A stretch of 32,000 nucleotides of DNA, from the NCBI GenBank assembly GCA_000091165.1, contig FP565575.1, positions 1,200,001 through 1,232,000 of the forward strand. Direction: 5' to 3'. The position numbers were made by a program, and so were the translations under genes. The DNA comes from Candidatus Methylomirabilis oxygeniifera. Its GTDB lineage: Bacteria > Methylomirabilota > Methylomirabilia > Methylomirabilales > Methylomirabilaceae. Under the pieces are notes generated by a model, which saw nothing but the letters and a program-made list of their open reading frames with translations, had not been told where the DNA came from and did not search any database. Of this stretch, positions 10,649 through 19,207 are shown piece after piece; within the stretch, counting starts at the first letter, position 1, and each line of letters starts with the position of its first letter.

Positions 10649-10677
10649 ATAGTAAAAGAGCAGAGATCGGCTGTCAA
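10649..10677 (-). promoter_or_regulatory. Candidate sigma70-type promoter for trxA
   Basis: Minus strand: TTGACA (10677-10672), 17-nt spacer, TACTAT (10654-10649). The trxA ATG at 10572 has a GGGAGGGG Shine-Dalgarno. Confidence 0.55.
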
Positions 10678-10861
10678 GCTGTTTCAAGGCCTGGTGGTGG
10701 AACAGGACGAGCAACCTCCGTTATTCCGGGTCGCGGATGACCGCAGGCCGCATGCGCTGCCCTCGCCTACAGACACAGGGCAAGCCAGCCTGACAACCAG
10801 GGTTGAGGGTGCAAGAGCAGAATAGGGTAAGGTGAAGGGAGAGCGCGAATAGAAACAACAC

Positions 10862-11974
10862 TCATCGCTTGCGGAACGCTCCCACGGCAAGCGCGCGCGT
10901 GGCCGCGACGCGAGTCTCCACACCAAGTTTCTTAAAGATATGCTCCAGATGCTTTTGTACAGTCCGTGAACTCAAGCCGAGGATCTCCGCGACCTCGACA
11001 TTCGTCTTGCCGTGCGCCACCCACAACAGCACCTCGGCCTCCCGCCTTGTAAGATCTGATAGCTTGAAGGCTACCGGCTGGACGCTGACAGGTTGCTGTT
11101 CCATGAGCAAGATACACCGATCCGCCTCGCACAGATGCCGGATTACGAGACGCTCCCCCTGCCTTTCCACAACGAACGGCTTACGAGGCAGCGGGACGTC
11201 ATCCGTGACATTCAGGGACGCCTCCTGATGCGCGAGCCAGGTTCTGAACACCACCGGCAGGTGGTCCACGTGTTGCGATGAACGCCCGAAATAGTCCGCC
11301 AGCCACTGTTGCGCTCGACTGTTTATCAGTCGAACACGCCCGTCTTTGGTAAGGAGTACCACCCCTTGATCTCGTGCCTCCATAGCCTGCCCCAGGAGCC
11401 CGACCTCTTGTCGCATGACCCTGATCGCCTCAGCGTTCGCATAGGCCTGAATGAGATGCGGATGGAGGAGATTCAGGAGAAGCCTGTCTCGCTCCGAAAA
11501 GTCGCGCCGGCCCCGATGCAGGCTGACCGCAAGCAGGCAGGGCCTCGGACCGGGAACCAGTACGCTCATCACATACTCTATGTTCATCGGCTCGTATAGC
11601 TCGCTATACAATTTCAGCGCATGGAACCGTCGTCTAGTGAGAAAGTCCGAGAGCTTGACGGCGCTCGCGTCGCCGGTCTGCTGGTAGTAGGTGAAATGAG
11701 GATGTTGTGGGAGGTGCCGCTCAAAGAGCCGCCGGAAACCCGGAAGCGTGGCGGTAGACGGCTCTACTCTCATATCGACGATCCGTCCCCCACCATCGAT
11801 TTCGGTAAACGCCGCCAACTCTGCGGGAACGAGTGTCGAGATCCCGTACAGGAGGTAGCTGATGAGCGCATCGCGATCGTGGCAGGCGTAGCAGCCCCGC
11901 ACGAATTTGAGGAGAACTCGGAGTTGTTGTTGCGTCAACCGTTCCATTCCATCTTGTACTCGCACTGCGTACAA
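10862..11974 (-). CDS. LuxR-family (C-terminal HTH) transcriptional regulator with sensory N-terminal region
   Basis: C-terminus LTRREAEVLLWVAHGKTNVEVAEILGLSSRTVQKHLEHIFKKLGVETRVAA is a LuxR/GerE HTH. The start is uncertain: TTG 11974, GTG 11965 or ATG 11947. Confidence 0.88.
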   Translation of the reverse strand: MYAVRVQDGMERLTQQQLRVLLKFVRGCYACHDRDALISYLLYGISTLVPAELAAFTEIDGGGRIVDMRVEPSTATLPGFRRLFERHLPQHPHFTYYQQTGDASAVKLSDFLTRRRFHALKLYSELYEPMNIEYVMSVLVPGPRPCLLAVSLHRGRRDFSERDRLLLNLLHPHLIQAYANAEAIRVMRQEVGLLGQAMEARDQGVVLLTKDGRVRLINSRAQQWLADYFGRSSQHVDHLPVVFRTWLAHQEASLNVTDDVPLPRKPFVVERQGERLVIRHLCEADRCILLMEQQPVSVQPVAFKLSDLTRREAEVLLWVAHGKTNVEVAEILGLSSRTVQKHLEHIFKKLGVETRVAATRALAVGAFRKR

Positions 11975-12000
11975 CTACTCCTCGCCTTGCGTACTGTCAA
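11972..12000 (-). promoter_or_regulatory. Weak candidate promoter for the LuxR-type gene
   Basis: Minus strand: TTGACA (12000-11995), 17-nt spacer, TAGTTG (11977-11972). Its -10 overlaps the longest ORF start, with an in-frame GTG 6 nt further downstream. Confidence 0.3.
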
Positions 12001-12411
12001 TACGCCTTTTGGCGTAGACGGTTTCAGGATGGTTAGGAATGGGTCATGTACGCCGACACGCGTATTGACTGTCGGATACCTCTCTGATTATCTCGCCTGC
12101 TGTTGTGTCTTGCTGTGAATAGTGCGTAGAAGTGTAAATCATTCTGCGGTCGGTAGAAATATCCACACAGTACAGGACACTATCCGCATGCACAATGAAA
12201 TGGCTTCACTGCGTTTTCAATGATAACACACGGTCCGTATTCTCGGGGGCAACGGCAATTTCTCCTCCGGCAGGCTGTAGTACTTAAGTGTACCATGGGC
12301 CCGCTGCTATTCTCCGCGCTTCAAGACCTCCACAAAACCACTCATCTTGTAGTCACTACGCTCAGCAGGAGGATGACCCGACACCTACGTCCTATAATAA
12401 CGGAAGTGGTG

Positions 12412-12440
12412 TTGACGGCCCGATACAAGTATGCTATCCG
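12412..12440 (+). promoter_or_regulatory. Candidate promoter for rnc
   Basis: TTGACG (12412-12417), 17-nt spacer, TATCCG (12435-12440), 6 nt upstream of the rnc ATG. Confidence 0.35.
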
Positions 12441-12446
12441 TAGCCT

Positions 12447-13187
12447 ATGACGGTATCGTCACAGGCGGCCACGCCATCCACTCCGAACACCCTCTACGGC
12501 CATCGATTCCGAAACTCGACGCTTCTCGAAGCGGCGCTCACCCACCCCTCCTCGACCGATCCCTCGCAAGCGGATGTCCGCCTGCGTTACCAGCGGCTCG
12601 AGTTTCTGGGGGATGCGGTCTGGAGCCTCTATGTCAGCGACGCGCTCGTCTCTCTCCTGCCGACAGCCTCAGAGGGTGAACTGACCCAACGTCGCGCCGG
12701 TCTCGTAAGCGCCACTGCGCTGGCTGACATGGCGCAACTCCACGGCCTTGCGCCGTTGCTCCTACTGAGCAAGGGAGAAGAGTTAACGGGCGGAAGGCTC
12801 AAGACCAGAGTCCTCTCAAGTAGCTTCGAGGCTGTAATCGGCGCAATCTATCTCGACGGTGGCCTCGAAGCGATCCGCGATCTGGCGCGTGAGGCCTGCG
12901 TGAACACCCTTGAAGGGGAACACGTGACACTCGATCCGAAAACCGCTTTGCAACACCTCGCTCAGTCGCTCCTTCACGCGACCCCCCGTTATCGCCTCAT
13001 TCGCCGGTCAGGCGCCCCTCACGCCCCGACGTTCGAGGTCGAGGTCATAGTCGGGCAGTCACCGATCGCCAAGGGAAAAGGACGAAACCGGCAAGAGGCT
13101 GAGCGTGCGGCTGCGCAAGACGCTCTCAGCTCACTACGGGAGCCTTCAGCTACAATATCTAGTGGCAATAATGAAATACCCTACTGA
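12447..13187 (+). CDS. rnc: Ribonuclease III
   Basis: YQRLEFLGDAV signature, SSFEAVIGAIYLDGG and a C-terminal dsRBD (DPKTALQHLAQ...EVEVIVG...AKGKGRNRQEAERAAAQDAL). Upstream of smc and ftsY. Confidence 0.93.
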   Translation: MTVSSQAATPSTPNTLYGHRFRNSTLLEAALTHPSSTDPSQADVRLRYQRLEFLGDAVWSLYVSDALVSLLPTASEGELTQRRAGLVSATALADMAQLHGLAPLLLLSKGEELTGGRLKTRVLSSSFEAVIGAIYLDGGLEAIRDLAREACVNTLEGEHVTLDPKTALQHLAQSLLHATPRYRLIRRSGAPHAPTFEVEVIVGQSPIAKGKGRNRQEAERAAAQDALSSLREPSATISSGNNEIPY

Positions 13188-13201
13188 GTCTTGTATTTGT
13201 C

Positions 13202-13231
13202 TTGACAGCAATGTACTGAATCTGGTAGGGT
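13202..13231 (+). promoter_or_regulatory. Candidate promoter for smc-ftsY
   Basis: TTGACA (13202-13207), 18-nt spacer, TAGGGT (13226-13231). Same -10 hexamer as the trpE candidate. Confidence 0.45.
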
Positions 13232-13326
13232 GTCACCATTCTATCTCCTTTAGCGTTGGATTGAAGAGGTGGCAGTGTGGGTCACAATAATCCGGTCATA
13301 ATGCCGGGTGAAGGCGGTAGCAGGCG

Positions 13327-16300
13327 ATGCGACTTCTGCGATTAACTGCGTTCGGCTTTAAATCGTTCGCTGAGAAGGTCGAGGTGACCTTCGAGCCCGG
13401 CGTGACTGCCATTGTCGGTCCGAACGGCTGCGGCAAGAGTAACCTCTCCGACGCGATCCGTTGGGCCCTCGGCGAGCAGAGCGCAAAGTTGCTGCGCGGG
13501 GATCGAATGGACGATCTGATCTTCGCCGGGAATAGTGTTCGGAAGCCACTTGGCATGGCGGAGGTCTCACTGATCTTCACGGATAACTATGGCAATATTC
13601 CAACGGAATTTCACGAGGTGACGGTCACCCGCCGATTGTACCGCTCCGGCGAGAGCGAGTACCTTCTCAATCACGTTCCGTGTCGCCTGCGCGATATCAC
13701 CGATCTCTTCCTGGACACCGGACTGGGGGGCGAGCCGTATGCCCTGATCGAACAGGGCAGCATCGGCAGCATCGTTAGCGCAAAACCGGCTGAACGTCGG
13801 CTCCTCATCGAAGAGGCTGCCGGCATCATGACCTACAAGGTCCGAAAGAGGTCTGCGCTCGCCAAGCTGGAAGCGGCGGAACAGAACCTACTCCGGGTGA
13901 GCGATATTATCCGAGAAGTGGAGCGGCAAAAGAACTCTCTCAAGCGACAAGCGAACAAGGCGGAACGCTACCGTGCTTACCAGGACCGCGCGCGCGAGTT
14001 GAAGGGCTTTGTAAAATATTCGGAGTTGCAGCAGGTGCAGCAACAACTCACGCTGCTCCAGAATGCAGCCCTGACCGCTCAGAACGAGGTAGACTCGGCG
14101 CAGACCGTAGTCGCTGCCGTGGAGGCTGAACAGGAGGCCATACGGATCCGGGAACTGGAGCAGGAACAGGAGAGAGCCGCTGCGATCCAGCGACTGCACG
14201 AACTGAAGAGTTGCCTGTCTCGCGATGAGGCCGAACTCAACCACCTGGGACAAATGCTGAATGAATCGACGCTTCGAAAACAGGAGCGGCGTGACCGCTC
14301 TGCGCACCTGCAGGGCCGACGAACCGTCCTGGTCCAGCAGGAAGCCGAAGCAACTGAGCAGAAACAGGCTCTGGACGCCGAGCTTCTGACCGGTCGCGCG
14401 CAACTCGATCTCAAGTCTTCGGAACTGCACGCACTCGAAGAGAGGATCGCGACAGCGGCGCGAGCGCTGGAGGCTACGCGGCGGCGTCTCGCTCAGGACG
14501 CCGTCACCTTGGCCGACCGTCGCAACCACCTGATCAGCCTCCGGGAGCGGGCGCGCCTCTATACGACACAGCGTGATCTGGCCATCCAACGCAAGGCGCG
14601 GCTTGAGCAGCAAGACCTCGATCTCGTCCCCGTGGAAGAGGCGCAGGGCGCGGTTCTTGCGCAGGTAATCGAACGACTGGATGCGCTACACACCGAGCGT
14701 GAAGCGCTCACACGACAGACGGCGGACGAGGAGACCGCGCGGGAGACCAATAAGGCGCAACTGGAAGGACTCCGGGATGAGTCGGCGAAACTCAGCAGTC
14801 GCCTGGCGTCGCTCATCGAGCTCAGCCAGAGTTTCGAAGGCTACGCCGACGGTCACCGGTACCTCCTGAAACAAAAGGCCCAGGGCGAGGCGCGAGTCGA
14901 AGGACTCAAAGGCTCGCTGGCCGATCTGCTTGAGGTGCCAGCCCGCTACGAGCGCGCCATCGAGACGTTGCTCGGCGATGCCTTGCAAGGGCTGGTGATG
15001 CAGCGGGCGGAAGATGTTCAAGAGGCCATTCGACTGCTTATCGAACGGGGACAGGGTCGCGCAACCTTTCTCCTTCAACGCGAGGCTCTCAGCGGCCAGA
15101 ACGAGACACCGACCACTCGACATCGCGAGATCCTCGGCCGCTACGCCCAACCCCCTACACCCTCTCCCCTTTCTGTCGAAGGTCTTGCGATCGATCTCAT
15201 CCGCTGCGCTGACGGCGACCGACCGCTCGTGGAGGCGCTTCTCGCCGATGGGATCGTCGTCGGTGAGCTGTCGGATGCGCTCGCGCTCAGCAATCTTCTC
15301 CCCTCTCCGTTTGCGATAGCCACACTCACCGGAGAACTCGTCACCAGCAGGGGAATCATCGCGGGTGGTCCAGGAGGAGGTTCCGGAATTCTTCCGAGAC
15401 GACGGGAAATTGCCAGACTCCGTGATCGCGTCCGGGAACTGCACGGCAGCCTCCAGACGGTTGAAGCCTCATGGGAGGCGTCCTGTCGCCGCTCGGCCCA
15501 TTTCATGGAATCGTTGGAGTTGTTGAATCAGCGTCTCCATGAGCTGGAGATCGAGCGTCTCAAGGCGGAGACCGCATTTGCCCATACAGGCGCGGAACGG
15601 CGACGCTTTCTGCAGCAGATCGAGGTGCTGACCTATGAGGTCGGGAGCCATGAGGAGGACCTTCGCGTGCTCGCCGGGGAGATCGGTGCGATCGAGCACA
15701 CTCTCGTGGAACTTGAGGGCCAGGACCGGGTGATGCAGCTCGAGGCCGTAAAGCATGAGACCGACGCGGCCGCCCGGCAGCAGGAACGGGACGGCCTCAT
15801 CATGGAGGTGGGAGAATACCGCGTCCAGCTCACCGCGCTGCAAGGTCAGCGGGAGATCCTGACTCGCAGTCTTGTCATGACGGTTGAGGAGCTTAGCCAG
15901 GTAAAGAGCGAACTGGAGTCGCTCGAGGCCGAGCTGGCCGCGCAACACCTTCGCGAGACAACAATGGAGACTGCCGTCGCCACGCTTCAGGAGCGACTGA
16001 CGTCTCTGGTGGAGGAAGAGCAATCGGCACAGCGGATCGTCGTCATACAGGACGAGGCACGCCAGGAGCTGAGCGCGAGGCGTCAATCGATCGACGAACG
16101 CCTGCGCATGCTGAAACAGTCGCTGGTCGACAAGCAGCAGGCCTTGAACGACGCAGCGATCCGACTCGCGGAACTACGCAATGCAATCTCTTTCCTTGAG
16201 GAGGCACTAAGGGAAGAGGCGCCTCCGGAACTGGAGGCCATTGTCCTGCGACTGACCGGGAGCGGCCTTGGAATCGACGCGGCCAACGATGAACTCGCGG

Positions 16301-16926
16301 ATCTCACCACGAGAATTGCAGAATTGGGCGCGGTCAACATGGCCGCCCTGGAGGAATACCAGGAGCTGGCGGAACGTCACCAATTTCTCTCAACGCAAAC
16401 TGACGACCTCTCATCATCTGTGCAGTCGCTCCGTACGGCCATCTCGGAGATCAACGATACCATTCAGCAACGGTTTAACGATACTCTTCAGACTGTAGCC
16501 GGTCATCTGGACCGGCTCTGGAGTTGCCTCATTCCTGGAGGCCAGGCGTCTCTCAGCTTGACCCAACTCGAGGACGGGGAGGAGGAACCCGGGGTGGAGA
16601 TGGCGGTTCGGATCCCCGGCAAACGCGCTGCCCTCAATCTGCTGTCCGGAGGCGAAAAGGCACTGGCGGCGCTGTCGCTCTTGCTGGCGCTGTTCCATAC
16701 CCGTCCAAGCCCTTTCTGCCTGCTGGACGAAGTCGATGCCCCCCTCGACGACGCGAACGCTGAACGATTCGCCTCGCTTCTGAAGGAGATGGCCGCCAGC
16801 GCCCAATTCCTCCTCATTACTCACAACAAGCGGACGATGTCGGCCGCCGACCTCCTGTACGGCGTCACCATGGAGGAGCACGGCGTCTCGAAGCTCCTCT
16901 CCCTCCACATGAACCGCGCCGCCTGA
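13327..16926 (+). CDS. smc: Chromosome segregation protein SMC
   Basis: 1199 aa ORF. Walker A GPNGCGKSNLSDAIRW, long coiled-coils, hinge region, C-terminal LLSGGEKALAALSLLLALF and PFCLLDEVDAPLDDAN. Confidence 0.98.
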   Translation: MRLLRLTAFGFKSFAEKVEVTFEPGVTAIVGPNGCGKSNLSDAIRWALGEQSAKLLRGDRMDDLIFAGNSVRKPLGMAEVSLIFTDNYGNIPTEFHEVTVTRRLYRSGESEYLLNHVPCRLRDITDLFLDTGLGGEPYALIEQGSIGSIVSAKPAERRLLIEEAAGIMTYKVRKRSALAKLEAAEQNLLRVSDIIREVERQKNSLKRQANKAERYRAYQDRARELKGFVKYSELQQVQQQLTLLQNAALTAQNEVDSAQTVVAAVEAEQEAIRIRELEQEQERAAAIQRLHELKSCLSRDEAELNHLGQMLNESTLRKQERRDRSAHLQGRRTVLVQQEAEATEQKQALDAELLTGRAQLDLKSSELHALEERIATAARALEATRRRLAQDAVTLADRRNHLISLRERARLYTTQRDLAIQRKARLEQQDLDLVPVEEAQGAVLAQVIERLDALHTEREALTRQTADEETARETNKAQLEGLRDESAKLSSRLASLIELSQSFEGYADGHRYLLKQKAQGEARVEGLKGSLADLLEVPARYERAIETLLGDALQGLVMQRAEDVQEAIRLLIERGQGRATFLLQREALSGQNETPTTRHREILGRYAQPPTPSPLSVEGLAIDLIRCADGDRPLVEALLADGIVVGELSDALALSNLLPSPFAIATLTGELVTSRGIIAGGPGGGSGILPRRREIARLRDRVRELHGSLQTVEASWEASCRRSAHFMESLELLNQRLHELEIERLKAETAFAHTGAERRRFLQQIEVLTYEVGSHEEDLRVLAGEIGAIEHTLVELEGQDRVMQLEAVKHETDAAARQQERDGLIMEVGEYRVQLTALQGQREILTRSLVMTVEELSQVKSELESLEAELAAQHLRETTMETAVATLQERLTSLVEEEQSAQRIVVIQDEARQELSARRQSIDERLRMLKQSLVDKQQALNDAAIRLAELRNAISFLEEALREEAPPELEAIVLRLTGSGLGIDAANDELADLTTRIAELGAVNMAALEEYQELAERHQFLSTQTDDLSSSVQSLRTAISEINDTIQQRFNDTLQTVAGHLDRLWSCLIPGGQASLSLTQLEDGEEEPGVEMAVRIPGKRAALNLLSGGEKALAALSLLLALFHTRPSPFCLLDEVDAPLDDANAERFASLLKEMAASAQFLLITHNKRTMSAADLLYGVTMEEHGVSKLLSLHMNRAA

Positions 16927-16950
16927 CAAGAGGCGGACAGGAAGGTCTGT

Positions 16951-17895
16951 ATGTTCACCAACGACACTCCCCGTCAAGGTCTTTTCGGGCGATTCGTGGT
17001 TGGCCTCGCTCGCACCCGTCAGGGGTTGGCGGGGCAGATTGGGCGGCTATTCGGCGGGAATGTCCCCAGTGCCGCCGATCTGGAAGCGCTGGAAGAGGCC
17101 CTGATTGCGGCTGACTTCGGCCCCGCGCTGGCGCAACAACTGATGACACCCCTTCATCAACGCCTCAGCCGCCGTGATCTCAGCAACCTGGACCAGGTGG
17201 AGGCCGCCCTCAAGCACGGTATCCTGGAGATTCTGAGCGGGGTCGCCCCGCCTCCGTCAGCCACGGACCATCAGACCAGACCGCAGGTCCTACTCTTTCT
17301 TGGAATCAACGGTTCCGGAAAGACAACGACCATCGGGAAGCTGGCAAGTCGCCTCATTGCTGAAGGCGGGCATGTGGTGTTAGCCGGGGCCGACACCTTT
17401 CGGGCGGCGGCTATTGAGCAGTTGGGGCTATGGGGGCAACGCGTAGGGGCTGATGTTGTGTGCCACCAGGCTGGGGCCGATCCCTCCGCTGTGGTGTTCG
17501 ATGCCGTGCAGGCCGCCTGTTCACGCGGCGCAAGCCACCTGCTCATCGATACGGCCGGCCGCCTGCACACCAAACGGAATCTGATGGAGGAGCTGAAGAA
17601 GATTCAGCGAGTAGTGTCCCGACAGATACCGGACGCGCCTCACCAGCGGATCATGGTGCTCGATGCCACGTCCGGCCTGAACGCCCTGGTCCAAGCGAAG
17701 CATTTTCACGAGGCGGTAGGACTGACGGGCCTGATCCTGACCAAGCTGGACGGCACCGCCAAAGGGGGCGTCGTCGTCGCGATCGCCGATCGGTTGAAAC
17801 TCCCGATCACTTTTGTCGGTCTGGGCGAGGGGGTTGACGATCTGCAGCCGTTTGTCCCGGAGACCTTCACGGACGCCCTCTTCGCACGATCCTAG
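16951..17895 (+). CDS. ftsY: Signal recognition particle receptor FtsY
   Basis: LFLGINGSGKTTTIGKLA, LAGADTFRAAAIEQL, LIDTAGRLHTKRNLMEEL, LTKLDGTAKGGVV and GLGEGVDDLQPF motifs. Confidence 0.98.
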   Translation: MFTNDTPRQGLFGRFVVGLARTRQGLAGQIGRLFGGNVPSAADLEALEEALIAADFGPALAQQLMTPLHQRLSRRDLSNLDQVEAALKHGILEILSGVAPPPSATDHQTRPQVLLFLGINGSGKTTTIGKLASRLIAEGGHVVLAGADTFRAAAIEQLGLWGQRVGADVVCHQAGADPSAVVFDAVQAACSRGASHLLIDTAGRLHTKRNLMEELKKIQRVVSRQIPDAPHQRIMVLDATSGLNALVQAKHFHEAVGLTGLILTKLDGTAKGGVVVAIADRLKLPITFVGLGEGVDDLQPFVPETFTDALFARS

Positions 17896-17926
17896 CGCGA
17901 TTTCACAACCCAACCCGATGCACCGG

Positions 17927-17988
17927 CACATCCCCCATATCTCCTCAACCCTCCAGCCTCTTTATAAAAGGGGGATGCTGAGGGATTT
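17927..17988. repeat. Degenerate relative of the palindromic repeat at 6903-6948
   Basis: CATCCCCCATATCTCCTCAACCCTCCAGCCTCTTTATAAAAGGGGGATGCTGAGGGATTT keeps the CCTTTATMAAAGGGGG core and the GGGATTT end, with imperfect arms. Confidence 0.5.
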
Positions 17989-18000
17989 CCTGTTTTCGGC

Positions 18001-18030
18001 TTGACACCCTTTGCCATCCGGTGCTACGTT
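18001..18030 (+). promoter_or_regulatory. Candidate promoter for rib operon
   Basis: TTGACA (18001-18006), 18-nt spacer, TACGTT (18025-18030), about 50 nt upstream of ribD. Confidence 0.4.
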
Positions 18031-18079
18031 AACTTCATGTTTTTCCTCGAAAAGTTTTGGCTTCCTGCAATGAGGTCGG

Positions 18080-19198
18080 ATGTTCACGCCTGATGATGAG
18101 CGCTTCATGCGGCATGCGCTGGTTCTTGCGGAAAAGGGGCGCGGCCGCACTAGTCCTAATCCGATGGTGGGCGCAGTCGTGGTGCAACACGGCAGAATCG
18201 TTGGGGAGGGCTATCATGCACAGGCCGGCAAGCCGCATGCGGAGGTTGTCGCGCTGGAATACGCCGGCGGAGCGGCGCGCAATGCCGACCTCTATGTCAC
18301 GCTCGAGCCGTGCGGGCATTACGGTCGGACTCCACCATGTACCGATCGGATCATTCAAGCCGGTATTCGGCGAGTGGTCGTACCCACCATCGACCCGAAC
18401 CCGCTTGTTTCCGGGAGGGGCGTACAGAGTCTACGCGACGCCGGGGTTATCGTCGATCTTGGGCTGCGGTCGGCAGACGCAACGGCCCTCAACGAAGCCT
18501 TTATAAAATTTATGAAACACCGTACCCCGTTTGTGGTCCTTAAGGCAGCCGTCAGTCTTGACGGCAAGATTGCCACTCGGACCGGAGACTCTCGGTGGGT
18601 CTCCGGCGAACGATCGCGCGAACATATACACACCCTGCGAGATCAGATAGACGCGGTGATCGTCGGAATCGGTACGGTCCGGCGCGACAATCCCAGGCTC
18701 ACAACCAGGCTTCCGGAAGGCGGGCGCGACCCAATCCGAGTGGTGGTGGATGGGCTTGGTCCGTTCCCGGACGATGCGCAGATCCTTCAAGCCGAAGCCG
18801 CCTCGCGAACCTGGGTCGCCGTAGCCGCTGATGCGCCGGCCAAGCGGATCAGAGCCCTGGAGCGCCGCGGACTGACGGTACTTGAAGCGGGCGGCTTCCG
18901 CGGACGGGTCAGCCTTGAACACCTCCTGAAACGCCTCGGTGAGCGCGAGGTCACCAGCGTGATGATCGAGGGTGGAGAGGGCATCTTCACGTCGGCCATT
19001 GAGGAGGGGATCGTCGACAAGTTCCTGCTATTTGTCGCGCCGATTCTCCTTGGGGGGAAGACCGCGCCCAGTCTTTTCGGCGGAACGGGTATTGACAACA
19101 TCGGCCAGGCGTTACGACTGGCCCGGCTACGCATCGAACAACTGGGAGAAGACGTACTGATTGAGGGATACCGCTCGACACATGAAGGAAGGTGCTAG
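18080..19198 (+). CDS. ribD: Bifunctional diaminohydroxyphosphoribosylaminopyrimidine deaminase / reductase
   Basis: SPNPMVGAVVV, GKPHAEVVAL, YVTLEPCGHYGRTPPCTD, SLDGKIAT and IEGGEGIFTSAI motifs. Confidence 0.97.
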   Translation: MFTPDDERFMRHALVLAEKGRGRTSPNPMVGAVVVQHGRIVGEGYHAQAGKPHAEVVALEYAGGAARNADLYVTLEPCGHYGRTPPCTDRIIQAGIRRVVVPTIDPNPLVSGRGVQSLRDAGVIVDLGLRSADATALNEAFIKFMKHRTPFVVLKAAVSLDGKIATRTGDSRWVSGERSREHIHTLRDQIDAVIVGIGTVRRDNPRLTTRLPEGGRDPIRVVVDGLGPFPDDAQILQAEAASRTWVAVAADAPAKRIRALERRGLTVLEAGGFRGRVSLEHLLKRLGEREVTSVMIEGGEGIFTSAIEEGIVDKFLLFVAPILLGGKTAPSLFGGTGIDNIGQALRLARLRIEQLGEDVLIEGYRSTHEGRC

Positions 19199-19207
19199 GC
19201 ACACGGA

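Noticed and set aside
10640-10825. 61-aa plus-strand ORF between trxA and the LuxR-type gene.
   Set aside because: It overlaps the candidate trxA promoter and is short. No supporting motif was found, though it cannot be fully excluded.
11859-11894. CYACH (CXXCH) heme-c-like motif in the LuxR-type regulator, near residues 31-35.
   Set aside because: There is no export signal before it and cytoplasmic proteins are not matured by cytochrome c heme lyases, so it is most likely chance. The Cys residues might still be redox-active.
13888-14613. Long minus-strand ORF (241 aa) inside smc, along with 14686-15444 and 16414-16977.
   Set aside because: They are antisense to a continuous, motif-rich SMC ORF. 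The translations are low-complexity Leu/Arg-rich with no recognisable family, typical shadow ORFs in GC-rich DNA.
17896-18079. FMN riboswitch (RFN element) expected upstream of ribD.
   Set aside because: I looked for the conserved AGGG..ACCGGCGGT..GCCCGCGA blocks and did not find them in this 184-nt gap. Only a repeat relic and a candidate promoter are present. An Infernal/Rfam scan would be decisive.
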